Below are positions 26,601 through 37,901 of a DNA stretch of 64,000 bases, piece after piece (position 1 is the stretch's first letter; the number at the start of each line of letters is the position of its first letter). This DNA is from Mobula hypostoma (Eukaryota): NCBI RefSeq assembly GCF_963921235.1, contig NC_086101.1, forward strand, positions 7,752,001 to 7,816,000, in the 5' to 3' direction. The notes below the pieces were generated by a model that was given only the letters and a program-made list of their open reading frames with translations, was not told where the DNA came from and searched no databases. Both the position numbers and the translations under genes were made by a program.

Positions 26601-28556
26601 CAAAGAAGATGGTTGTGGTGTTTGGAGCCGATCATCTCAGCCACAGGACATCTCTGCAGGAACTCCCCAGGACAGAGTCCTCGGCCCAAACACCCTCAGT
26701 TGCTTCATCAACGACCTTCTGTCCATCGTAAGGTCAGAGGTCGGGATGGTCACTGATGACGACACAATGTTCAGCACCATCTACCACTCCTCAGATAATG
26801 AAGCAGCCCACAACACAAATGCAGCAAGACCTGGGCAATATCCAGCCCTGGGCTGACAGGTGGCAAGTGACAATCACATCACACAGTGTCAGGCAGTGAT
26901 ATCTGAGGAAGGGATCTCTGGGAATCATGAGAATTGGGAAAATTGCGAAATATTGAAAGTAGCTGCCTCACCGTTTGGGAAATTACAGTAGTTAGACCAA
27001 GGGAGAAGGTCACTGGGAGGTGACGATATGACAGTCAGTACAGTGGTTAGATTGTGGATGTGTTCAGTCAGCAAGGTGAAGCTCACTGGATCAAAGGTAA
27101 ACAGGTGGAGGTTGGATTGCAGACCACGGCAGGAGAGTTTATCATCAGATAATGAGAGTCACGGCAGGAAACCAGGGTCAGAAATGAAGACAATGAATTA
27201 CGGAGAGCATTGGGAAATGGATGTCAGTCAGATCGAGAGACACCACATGGAAATAATCAAAGGTCAAATACTACAGAGAAATGTAGCTTTCTGATGAATT
27301 TTTATGAAATCCACATGTCACCATTGTATAACAGGAACCCATAATGTCATTGACTCAGTCGAGTATCTTTGCGAAGACACTGGAAGTGTTCTCCGATGTT
27401 TACTGCAACAGTGTCTGAATAAACTGACTTGTTCCTGAAACTCACCACTGCTGTCTGGCAGGTTCTTTCTGTGCTGTTCCATCTGAACTGTATTTAAGTG
27501 GGAGACTGGTCCCCACTCCCACAACCCAACCCCCAGTCCCTCTGTCCCTCGAGCTGCTGTTGTGGAAGCTCCCTGATGAAGACTGTCAGAGAGCAACACA
27601 CACAAAACACTGGAGGACCTCAGGGTCTGTGGAGAGGAGAACTGTCATCGTTTAAGACCGAGAACCTTCAACGCTGTTTATTTCTCTCCATATGCTGCCT
27701 GACCGGCTGAGTTCCTCCAGTACATCGTGTCTGTTGCTCTGGAATTCCAGCATCTGCAGAGTCTCTTGTGTTTGTGAGTGGAGATTCCAGCCCAGTGCCC
27801 CTGCATTCTGGGGCTGACGGGGTTTAGAAGACAGGCAGCGAAAAATCATTTCCACACGCGGGCCCCGTTCAGAACAAGTGGGACCAGACCTCTGGAGCCG
27901 GGCCGTATGTGGTGAAGTCAAGAAGGGAAATGGAGATCAGGATTTGAATGTTTTCCACACTGTGACATACAATGTCCAGTCCTGTGGTGATTCCTGCAGC
28001 CACATCTTTGTCATCGCCACAGCATCAGTCTCCTCACAGCAGATTCTCTCCACATCCCGTGTTCCATACTATTAACTGATTTAATAGTTGCATAAATTTA
28101 CATTAATCACCGATTTTACGCCTCATTCTGACTATCTTCAGTCTTCGAGCTAAACAAAACGAGCTTTTGGAGGAACACCGAGGGTCAGACAGCATCTGTG
28201 GAGAGAAATGGACAATCGACAATTCGGTTCGAGAACCCTCATCTGGACTGTCTCTACCCCGGAATATCTTCTGACTATTTTTCTCCACAAATGCTGTCTG
28301 ACCTGCTTAGTTCCTTCCAGATTCTTGCATTTACAGTCCCTTCTCTCTCTCTGCTCAGGACTTGTCCCTTCAGTTCTGCCGCAGACTGAACCAAGCTCTT
28401 CTCTCCGGCTTTATCTATGTGAGACTTGTTTGATGTGTTTCTGACCCCTGCTGTGGAAATGAACATGAATCCTTCTCACGGGAAAGGAACATTCATTCCC
28501 GAGACCGCAGCGCCCCTAGAGGACAATCGCGGTACCGCAGGCGCTCAGCAGCTCCC

Positions 28557-28567
28557 GAAAGTGAAAG
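28557..28567 (+). promoter_or_regulatory. ISRE/IRF-E-like motif GAAAGTGAAAG
   Basis: Matches the GAAANNGAAA IRF consensus, 32-42 bp upstream of the TRIM ATG in a small CpG-rich patch. Confidence 0.45.
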
Positions 28568-28598
28568 GATCCTGAACCAGGAAATACCGGGAGTTAAC

Positions 28599-29009
28599 AT
28601 GGCTTCGAAAGAACAGGTCGAGAGTTTAAGCGAGGAGGCAATTTGTCCCATTTGCCTGGATTTCTTCACCGATCCGGTTATACTGGAGTGTGGACACAAC
28701 TTCTGCCGCTCCTGCATCACACGGTGTTGGGAAAGGGAGGAGAGAAACTCCTGCCCGGAATGTAGAGAGGAGTTTGCAGACCGCACCCTCAGGGCCAATC
28801 GGGCCTTAGCAAATCTGTCTGAGAAAGCTCGAAAACTAAACCTGAATCCGAAAGAGAAGGAAAATAAACTTCACTGCGAGAAACATGGGGAAGAACTGAA
28901 GCTGTTTTGTGAGACGGACAAGACACTGATCTGCCTGGTCTGTAGAGATGCGCGGGAACACAAGTCTCACAACTTCATGCCGGTTAACGAAGCCGTTGAA
29001 ATCTACAAG
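28599..29009 (+). CDS. TRIM (RING-Bbox-CC-PRY/SPRY, A33/TRIM39-like) exon 1: RING + B-box2
   Basis: [25 protein letters not shown]...CPEC (C3HC4); [32 protein letters not shown]; donor AAG|GTAAAA; 411 nt, phase 0. Confidence 0.97.
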
Positions 29010-29087
29010 GTAAAACTAACCAGGTTTTGATCAGCTGTTTACTTAGTTGCATGTTTTGGTTTAATGTCTTTACTCTCTGATTCCCAG

Positions 29088-29183
29088 GGTCGGGTTCAAT
29101 CTTCCTTAGACTCTCTCACGAAAAAGAAATCAGACTTCGAGGAAATGGAGCAACAACAGAAAGAGAAGATTTCTGGAGTTCGG
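29088..29183 (+). CDS. TRIM exon 2 (coiled coil)
   Basis: ttcccag|GGT...CGG|GTGAGG; 96 nt, the canonical TRIM coiled-coil exon size; GRVQSSLDSLTKKKSDFEEMEQQQKEKISGVR. Confidence 0.93.
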
Positions 29184-29532
29184 GTGAGGCTTCCAGAGCA
29201 GAATTTACCAATTCGCTGTGTAGTTTTGTTCCCTTTAATGCAGAACAGCAGCGTATCGCAGCTCCAGTAACCTGGGATCGATCCCGACCCCTGGAGCTGT
29301 CTGCGTGGAGTTTGCAATTAACCTTATGAAGTTGGGTGGTCTGTGAATCAGGTCGGAGTTAGTGGGTCAGAGACAGAGTATATGTTTCAGGGAGACGTGG
29401 GGGAATGTGATGGAGGGGATTGTTCTGAAAACCAGCAGAGACGTTAATGGGCTGAATGGTTACCGTCCATGTCAGAAGAAAATACAGAATATAGCCTCAA
29501 ATAGTAAACTACCCTCTGCTTTCATTGGACAG

Positions 29533-29766
29533 GAACAGTCACACAACGTTCAGTCCCAGATCACATCCCATTTTGTTGAACTGCGCCGGATTATCACCGA
29601 GAAAGAGCAGCGCGTGCTCCGAGATCTCAGGGAAGAAGAGGAGAGGATTCTGAATCCAATGGAAAAAAATCTTCGAGAGATTCAAGAGAATTTAAATTCT
29701 ATCCAGGAGGAAATCTCAAAGTTACAGGAACGGATGGATCAACAAGAAAATATCACATTCCTCATG
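29533..29766 (+). CDS. TRIM exon 3 (coiled coil)
   Basis: gacag|GAA...ATG|GTGAGA; 234 nt; EQSHNVQSQITSHFVELRRIITEKEQRVLRDLREEE...ITFLM. Confidence 0.93.
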
Positions 29767-30972
29767 GTGAGAGATTTCACTTTGGATCTGTAAAAGTGCA
29801 CTGTCAAAAAATAATGCATTTTATCTCAAATACTGTAGTTGGAAACTGATTTCCACCATGTGGACATCCTGACTGTTCAGAGTTGTGATTGTCCCAAACC
29901 GGCCTCCCACAACATCTGTACATCATAGGACAGTCTGCAGCCTTCTTGGGAATGAGTTACTGTGATCAGAGCACTGAGCTGGTGATCGTTTCTGTGATTC
30001 CCACGTATAATATCCCCTGATACTCAGAGTAACACCCAGTTACAGTCACAGGCTGTGAGTGTGCTTCTGATATTCTCTTCACCACGTTTCTTGTGGCATT
30101 TATTAAAAACCAACTGATGTTTTATCTTTCACTTTTGGTCTTACACAAGAAGAAATATTTTCTCGATTCCCACCCCATCAAATCCATTGGGAATGTTAAA
30201 TTCCTCCATCTGATCCTCCCTGACATCGTAACCAGATAAAAATGCACAACCTGTCCATTCTCTCCTGTAAATTCCATCCTCTCAGTTATGGTATAAATTT
30301 CAGAGTTACAAAATACACATGGACTAAGATGTTAGCTGTCCTGTGTTATCACCAGTGGGATCATCAGTTGATCTGCCACTTGTCTTCAGGAGTTTCAGCC
30401 CGCTTATGATCAAGACTCCCTCGAGGTGGCGGGCCAGAAGTGCTAAAGCACCACCTCCCAATGGTGAGCTTAAAAACTTGGCATCTGCCTCTATCAGAGT
30501 TATTGTTCACTTCCATCCAACAGATAGTCTGCTCTTCAGGTGTCTATGCAACTACTGAAGGGTTTGCAATATATATATATACACTGTCTGACTATCTGCC
30601 CCTCTGGACATACCTGGTCCACACCCTTGCTGATCCTTTCTCTGCTGCCTCAGCTACAGCCCTGCTGGTTGACTTGATCTCTCTTCTAGTGAAGCCAGGA
30701 TCATGCAGTCACTTCTGCAAAGTGAATGCAATAAATCCACGGCAGCCAACTTCGAATGGATAGCATGAGACCTTCCACCCTCTGTCTCTGCACTCATAAT
30801 CATTCCTTGTACTTACTCCCGTGGTTCTCTGTCCCTCTTTCTCCATTCGTTTCAGTGGGAGTGAGTTTAGTGGGAATTTTCAGCAGCTTGTAATAACTTG
30901 TCTCAGATTCCTGCTGTCGGGATGCCGATGGTTAGTCTCAGTCAATTGAGATCTGTGTTTTATTTATTTCAG

Positions 30973-30995
30973 GAGGAAGCTCGTCGGAAGAGGAG
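30973..30995 (+). CDS. TRIM exon 4 (23-nt linker microexon)
   Basis: tatttcag|GAGGAAGCTCGTCGGAAGAGGAG|GTAGGA; canonical 23-nt TRIM exon, phase 0 to 2. Confidence 0.88.
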
Positions 30996-31091
30996 GTAGG
31001 ACATGGTCTTGACTGAAACTCTGTATGGATTTGTAAAATAGTTCAAATATCTCTGATGTTCAGTTTATAACCAGATGTATAATATTTACAG

Positions 31092-31210
31092 GATTAGTGA
31101 TGAACAACATATATTGTCAGTGACAGATGGTGCCCTACTGGATGAAAAATTCTGTCACCCCTATTTGTTCGACATTGCATTGGGAGAAGCGTTTGACGAC
31201 ATTAAGCGAG
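31092..31210 (+). CDS. TRIM exon 5 (linker)
   Basis: tttacag|G ATT AGT...CGA G|GTAAAA; 119 nt, phase 2 to 1; keeps frame into the PRY/SPRY exon. Confidence 0.88.
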
Positions 31211-31453
31211 GTAAAACATACAGATTCATTCTGGCACCAACCCCACCTGCTGGGACACATCACTGTCACATGGTCAGCTGGAGATGTCAGACCGTTGAAC
31301 ACACCAAACTAGGGGCAAAATACAACCAATTCACTGGTCTGTTAGGTGAATCACTGCATCCTGATCCCATTTGCACTGGACAAACAAGCCAATGCACGAA
31401 TTTGAATCCTGACATGGTAGCTCTGGAATGAATATTCCATTAAATCCAAATCA

Positions 31454-31990
31454 ACACACACAAAATGCTGGAGGAACTCAGCGGGTCAGACAGCATCTAT
31501 TGTAATGAATAAACAGCTGATGTTCTGGGCTGTGATCCCTCTTCAGGACTGAAATTGAAGGGGGGAGATGCCAGAATAAAAAGGTGGGGAGAGGGGAGAG
31601 AGGCTAGCTAGAAGGTGATAGGTGAAGCCAGGGGGGTGGGAAAGCTAAAGGGCTGGAGAAGAAGGAATCTGATCGGAGAGGAGAGTGGACCATAAGAGAA
31701 AGGGAAGGAGGAGGGGACCCAGGGAGTAGTGATAGGGAGGTGAGAAGAGGTTAAAGGCCAGAGTGGGGAGTAGAAGAAGAGGGGAGGGGATGAGAAAAAT
31801 TACACCTGAAGAGGAAATCAGTATTCATGCCATCAGGTCAGAGGTTACCCAGGCAGAATATAAGGTGTTGCTCCTCCATCCTGAGGATGGCCTCATCTTG
31901 GCACAAGAGGCGGCCATGGACCGACATTTTGGAAAAGGAATTAAAATGTTTGGCCACTGGAAGTTCCCCTATGGACGGATAGAGTGGAAC
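31454..31990 (-). mobile_element. Penelope-like element 3' fragment with terminal repeat, in TRIM intron 5
   Basis: Minus strand reads QDEAILRMEEQHLIFCLGNL*PDGMNTDF (PLE GIY-YIG C-terminus), then a pyrimidine-rich UTR and a terminal repeat with CTGAAGA-GGG..CCC. Confidence 0.75.
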
Positions 31991-32844
31991 CTGCTTGACT
32001 GATGAGATTCCAGCACAGGTCTGTCTTTGTGCTCCTGTTTTTCACCCTCCCACAGCTGTCTCCCACCTTCCCATCTCCCAACCTTCCCCGCAACCTCGCT
32101 CCGACTAGCGATCGAAACTTTCATTGTGTTGGTCTCCACCTGTCATTCACTTCCCAGTGTCTCCAAACTCCACAGTCCACACTCCCCACCCTTCCGCTAC
32201 CTGGAGCAACATCCCTGCCATCTTTCACCAATCTTCAGTCCACAGTCACTTCAGACTCCTGTCTCATCACTCCCCTTCTCCTCTGCTCAATCTACACCCC
32301 TCATAACCTTATAACCCTCATAACCTTCTGTCAGATCACCTCCCAGTCCACTTACCTGCATTTGGCCCGTATCCTTCTAAACCTTCCCTGTCATCATTTC
32401 TCTGTCCCAGGTCTCAACTCCTCTTCTGTGCCAGTTCCACAGGGCCCTCAATTCTCCCATGTTACAGAAAATGATCGACCTCATTTTCTACCACATTACA
32501 GAAGCAAATGTGCTGCAGGTCCTGAAATGCATAAAGTTCGATAAATCCCCAGGTCCTGATAAAGTTTATCCCAGAACATTGTGGGAAGGTCAGGAAGAAA
32601 TTGTGGGGCCCTTTTGGAGACATGTGTGTCATCGATAGCTAAGGGTAAGGGGCCAGGAGACTGGAGGGAGACTAATGTTGAACATTTATTGAAGATCGGC
32701 TGGAGGGAAACGCCTGGGAAGTACAGACCGGTGAGCCTAACGTCAGTGGAGGGTACATTAATGGAGGGGATTCTGAGAGACAGGATCTACATTCATTTGG
32801 AAAGGTGAGGACTAATCAGGGATACCCAGCTTGGTTTTCTGCAT

Positions 32845-33365
32845 GGACGGTACAGTAGCATAGTGATTAGCACAACGCTTTACAGTACCAGCGACCCGGG
32901 TTCATGTCCCGTCACTGCCTGTAAGAAGTTTATACGTTCTCCATGACCACGTGGGTTTCTTCCAGGTGCTCCGGTTTCACAGTCCAAACCCGTACCGGTT
33001 GGCAGGTTAATTGGTCATTGTAACTTGTCCCATGGTGAGGCTCGGATTAAATCAGGGGTTGCCGGGTGGTGGGGGTCATTGTAACTTGTCCCATGGTCAG
33101 GCTCGGATTAAATCAGGGGTTCCTGGGTGGTGGGGGTCATTGTAACTTGTCCCATGGTCAGGCTCGGATTAAATCAGGGGTTGCCGGGTGGTGGGGGTCA
33201 TTGTAACTTGTCCCATGGTCAGGCTCGGATTAAATCAGGGGTTTCTGGGTGGTGGGGTCATTGTAACTTGTCCCATGGTCAGGCTCGGATTAAATCAGGG
33301 GTTTCTGGGTGGTGGGGGTCAAGGGGCCGGAAGGTCCTATTCCGTGCTGTATCTCAATAAATAAA
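32845..33365 (+). mobile_element. tRNA-derived V-SINE-like element (HE1-like)
   Basis: A-box-like tagcatagtgatt, B-box-like ggttcatgtccc, central gtgggtttctccaggtgctccggtttc and an (aataa)n tail. Confidence 0.7.
33013..33321 (+). repeat. Tandem repeat, 5 copies of about 61 bp, inside the SINE
   Basis: Unit ggtcattgtaacttgtcccatggtcaggctcggattaaatcaggggtt..gggtggtggg starts at 33013, 33074, 33135, 33196 and 33256. Confidence 0.95.
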
Positions 33366-34295
33366 TTACAGCTGATGAAAGTGCAGTAGACATCGTCTCC
33401 ATGGAGTTTAGCGAGGGATTTGACAAGGTAGCAGAGAGTTAGATCACATGGGATACAGTACGATCTGGAATAGGATACAGAATTGGCTGGGTGGAGTCCT
33501 GTGACCAGCGGTTGTGCTGCAGGGATCGGTGCTGGGTCCACTGTTTTTCATCATTCATTTGAATGATTTGGAGAGAATGTAGGTGATGTGTTTAGTAGGT
33601 TTGTGAAGGACTCTAAAATTGGTGGTTTCATGGACAGTGAAGAGGTTATTTATTTATTTAGATACAGTGTGAAACAGACCGTCCCAGACCAATGACCTGC
33701 TCAACCCAGCAACCCAACTCTTTAAAACTAGCTTAATCACGGGGCAATGTACAATGACCATTTAACCTACAAACCATTATGTCTTTGTACGAGCGTCACA
33801 CAGTGATAGAAACTAACAGCACAGGCCCTTCAGCCCACCTGGTCTGTATCGAAACATTTAAACTATCTGCTCCCATCGACCTGCACCGGGACCATCGTCC
33901 TCCAACTCCTACCATCCATGTACCTGTCCAAACTTCTCTGAAATGTTTAAATCGAGCTTGCATGCACCACTTGCACTGGCAGCTCGTTCCACACTCTCAC
34001 AACCCTCTGAATGAAGCAGTTTCCCCTCATGTTCCCCTTAAACTTTTCATCTTTCACCTTTAACCCTTGACCTCTGGTTGTAATCCCATCCAACCTCCGT
34101 GGAAAAAGTTCATTTACCATATCTCTACCCCTCATAATTCTGTATACCTCTATCAAATCTTCCCTTAGTCTTCTATGTTACAAGGAATAAAGTCCTAAAC
34201 TATTCAATCTTTCATTTTGACTCAGGTCTTCCAGTCCCAGCTGCATCGCTGTAAATTTTCTCTGTACTCTTTCCTGTAGGTACCCTTTCCTGTAG

Positions 34296-35410
34296 TTATT
34301 CAGAAAGTCAGAAGGCATGGGATCCAGGGAAGTCTAGCCAGGTGGATTCAGAATTGGCTTGCCTGCAGAAGGCAGAGGGTGGTGGTGGAGGGAGTACATT
34401 CAGATTGGAGGGTTGTGACTAGTGGTGTCCCACAAGGATCTGTTCTGGGACCTGTACTTTTCGTGATTTTTATTAACGACCTGGGTGTGGGGGTAGAAGA
34501 GTGGGTTGGCAAGTTTGCAGATGACACAAAGGTTGGTGGTGTTGTCGATAGTATAGAGGATTGTCGAAGATTGCAGAGAGACATTGATAGGATGCAGAAG
34601 TGGGCTGAGAAGTGGTAGATGGAGTTCAACCCGGAGAAGTGTGAGGTGGTACACTTTGGAAGGACAAACTCCAAGGCAGAGTACAAAGTAAATGGCAGGA
34701 TACTTGGTAGTGTGGAGGAGCAGAGGGATCTGGGGGTACAGGTCCACAGATCCCTGAAAGTTGCCTCACAGGCGGATAGGGTATTTATGAAAGCTTATGG
34801 GGTGTTGTCTTTCATAAGTCGAGGGATAGAGTTTAAGAGTTGCGATGTAATGATACCGCTCTATAAAACTCTGGTTAGGCTACACTTGGAGTACTGTGTC
34901 CAGTTCTGGTCACCTCACTATAGGAAGGATGTGGAAGCATTGGAAAGGGTACAGAGGAGATTTACCAGGATGCTGCCTGGTTTAGAGAGTATGCATTATG
35001 ATGAGAGTTTAAGGGAGCTAGGGCTTTACTCTTTAGCGAGAAGGAGGATGAGAGGAGACATGATAGAGGTGTACAAGATATTAAGAGGAATAGATAGAGT
35101 GGACAGCCAGCACCTCTTCCCAGGGCACCACTGCTCAATACAAGAGGACATGGCTTTAAGGTAAGGGGTGGGAAGTTCAAGGGGGATATTAGAGGAAGGT
35201 TTTTCACTCAGAGTGGTTGGTGTGTGGAATGCACTGCCTGAGTCAGTGGTGGAGGCAGATACACTAGTGAAGTTTAAGAGACTACTCGACAGGTGTATGG
35301 AGGAATTTAACATGGGGGGTTATATGGGAGGCAGGGTTTGAGGGTCGGCACAACATTGTGGGCCGAAGGGCCTGTCATGTGCTGTACTATTCTATGTTCT
35401 ATGTTCTATG
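34296..35410 (+). mobile_element. 5'-truncated CR1, same subfamily as 19646-23678, nested in an older minus-strand CR1 (about 33800-35800)
   Basis: [19 protein letters not shown] and LEYCVQFWSP; tail tctatgttctatgttctat. Confidence 0.93.
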
Positions 35411-37060
35411 TACGTGACTAAACCTGCACACAATATTCCAAATTAGGCCTCAACAACATCTCATGAAACTTCAACATAACATACATCTCCTGTACTCAAT
35501 ACTTTGATTTATGAAAGTCAAAGAAAAGCTTTTTTGAGGGCCCTATCTCCGTGTAACAGCACTTTCGATGTATTAATGGACCCCTGTTCCCAGATCTGCC
35601 TTAGAACAGAGTCCTCAGTGCCCGACCATTCACTGTGTAAGACCTACACTGGGGTCCTACCAAAGTGCAACAGCTCGCACTTGTCTGCATTAAATGCCAG
35701 CTGACACTTTTCAGCCCATTTTTCCAGCTGCTCCAGATCCCACTGCAAGTAATGATGGTCTTCCTCACTATCCACTCCTCCCCAATCTGAGGGATGAATC
35801 GTGAACACCCATAGGAAAGGCACGAGGTCACCGGGAGACCGTACAAACTCCTTACAGATGGTGTCGCAATTGATCTCAGAACTCCAGAATGCCGCGAGGT
35901 GCAACAGTATTGTGTTATCCACCATATAACCCATTGCTCATGGGTTATCGAAGATTACAGTTAGATCTTGATGGATTAGGTATCTGGGCCATTGGGTGGA
36001 AATTGATTTTAATTCAGAGAGATGAGGGTGTTGAATTTTGGAAGGCAAACCAGGACAGGATTACACAGGAATCAGTGAGGCCCTGGAGGGTGTTGTGGAA
36101 CAGAGAGACCAGGAGGTGATTGCCTTCATCAGTCAGGAGCTGGGGCATCACGTTATGAGTGTACAAGACATTGGGAAGGCCACATTTGGAGCAGAGTAAC
36201 ACACACAAACTGCTGGAGGAACTTAGCAGGTCAGGCAGCAGCTATGGATATGAATAAATAGTTGATGTTTTGGGTCAAGGTTTTGTGTGTGTTGCTTTGG
36301 ATTTCCAGCTTCTGCAGATTTTCTTGTCTTTATGATTTGGATCACACTGTCCTGTGCTGGTGATCTTTCTCCAGGAAGAATGTAATTAAACTGAGAGGGT
36401 ATAAAACAGATTTACAAGGATATTACTGGTTTGGGTTATAAGGAGAGGCTGGATACTCTGGGTCTTTTTTCCTGGAGCTCAGGAGGCTGCCAAAGGAAAC
36501 TGTAGAGGTTGGTACAGTTGCAATGTTTAAAAGATGTCTGGACAGGTACATGTGTAGGAGAGTTTTAAAGGAATAATGGGCAAATATAGACAAATGGAAC
36601 AAGTTCATTAAAGTGAGTTGGTCGACATGAATGAATTCTGCCTGACCTCCTCTTTAAATGCCTCCAGTGTTCACTCACCCCATCCTCATCTGGATCCAGT
36701 TGTTGCTCCACTCCTTTTTCATACCCGTTTCCACTGCTATCTCCCGTCTTTCTTTCCAATCTTGAGGTAAGGTCTCTGCTTGAAATCTCCCTTAACACAT
36801 GCTGCTTCAGCCGCTGAGATCCTCCAGAATTTTGTGTGTGTTGATCAGGAAAAATCCGATCTCCATGTCGGTGAAAAACCTCGGGAAGATGCTGGTTGTC
36901 CATCCGCTGTGTTTGGGTAAAATCCCGGGAAAGGATGCTGTCGGCCACCCGACTGAGCCTGAGGCCCAGCGGCCTCTCCCCCGGTCCGGTCCCGGGGCCG
37001 CGCTGCCCGAGTCTCCCCCCGATCCCCGGGGACTCTCTAATTCTCTGCTTCTCCCCCCAG

Positions 37061-37593
37061 TCTCTGTCACCCTGGATGTGGAAACGGCGAGTCCGCTGCT
37101 CGAGGTGTCTGAGGATCGGAAGAGTGTGAGATACACCGGGACCCGGAGGAATCTCCCGGACACCGGGAAGAGGTTCACACACTGGGCTTGTGTGCTGGGA
37201 TCGGAGGGATTCACATCGGGGAGACATTACTGGGAGGTGGAGGTGACGGGGAATCGGTGGTGGTGTCTGGGAGTCGCCGCAGAGTCTGTGAAGAGGAAGG
37301 GATCGGTCACACCGAGTCCGGAGACCGGATTCTGGATCATCGGGCGGGTTAATGACGAGATGTGGGTTTACACCTCCCCAGAGTCCCGTCTCCCTGCCGG
37401 TCCCATCCCCGGGAGGGTGGGAGTTTATCTCAGTTACGAGTCCGGGACAGTTTCATTTTACAACGCGGAGACCAAGTCCCATCTCCACACCTTCACTGGG
37501 AATAAATTCACGGGGAAACTTTATCCTTTCTTCTGGACTTGGGATGAAAACGAGTGGCTGAGAATCTGCTCCGGTTCCGCTCCGGGTCTGTAA
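37061..37593 (+). CDS. TRIM exon 6: PRY/SPRY (B30.2) domain to stop
   Basis: ctccccccag|TC TCT GTC ACC CTG GAT; VTLDVETA, VLGSEGFTSGRHYWEVEV, RVGVYLSYESGTVSFYN and LYPFF; TAA at 37591-37593. The six exons total 1416 nt (471 aa) with no stop. Confidence 0.97.
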
Positions 37594-37657
37594 ACGGGTC
37601 GGGTCCGGGACCGGCGTCAGGAGTAAGTCAGTGTAAATATAAATGTGCAGAGAGTGA

Positions 37658-37663
37658 AATAAA
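37658..37663 (+). terminator. Candidate polyadenylation signal of the TRIM gene
   Basis: AATAAA 65 bp after the stop codon. Confidence 0.5.
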
Positions 37664-37901
37664 CACGACGTGAGAATTATTGATCCATTAATTTTAACTC
37701 GTTCACCGCATCCGTCAACGGAACAGAAACACCGCGGATTCAGCAGCAGCCGCGGGCGGCGGGTCCTGAGCTCCCCGGCTCCCCCGGGTGCTAAAGTCCA
37801 CCGGGACTGACCGGGTAACTGGGACAAGTGGTGGTGGTTCTATGTGGGAGAGGGAGGTCAGGGTGAGCCGGGATCTCTACATTGAATCAGCTATTAATTT
37901 T

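Noticed and set aside
28508..28523. CTCF-like CAGCGCCCCTAGAGG near the TRIM start
   Set aside because: One C short and mismatched to the core; cannot be supported without a PWM score or ChIP data.
32002..32544. 180-aa ORF (similar case at 26145-26507)
   Set aside because: Pyrimidine-rich low-complexity sequence with no domain motifs.
33013..33321. CRISPR-like array
   Set aside because: Head-to-tail units without unique spacers, inside a SINE in vertebrate DNA.
33799..33830. CACAGTG heptamers as V(D)J recombination signals (also at about 23776, 26882 and 40259)
   Set aside because: No nonamer at 12/23 spacing and no V/J segments.
2996..35410. The CR1 at 2996-4634 (-) and the CR1 at 34296-35410 (+) as two halves of one element split by an inversion (both break near QKVRRHG)
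   Set aside because: The 34.3-kb copy is flanked on both sides by one continuous older CR1, as expected for an independent 5'-truncated insertion.
36799..37060. N-terminal 87 aa of the 264-aa ORF as coding sequence
   Set aside because: Open intronic frame upstream of the clear acceptor at 37060/37061.
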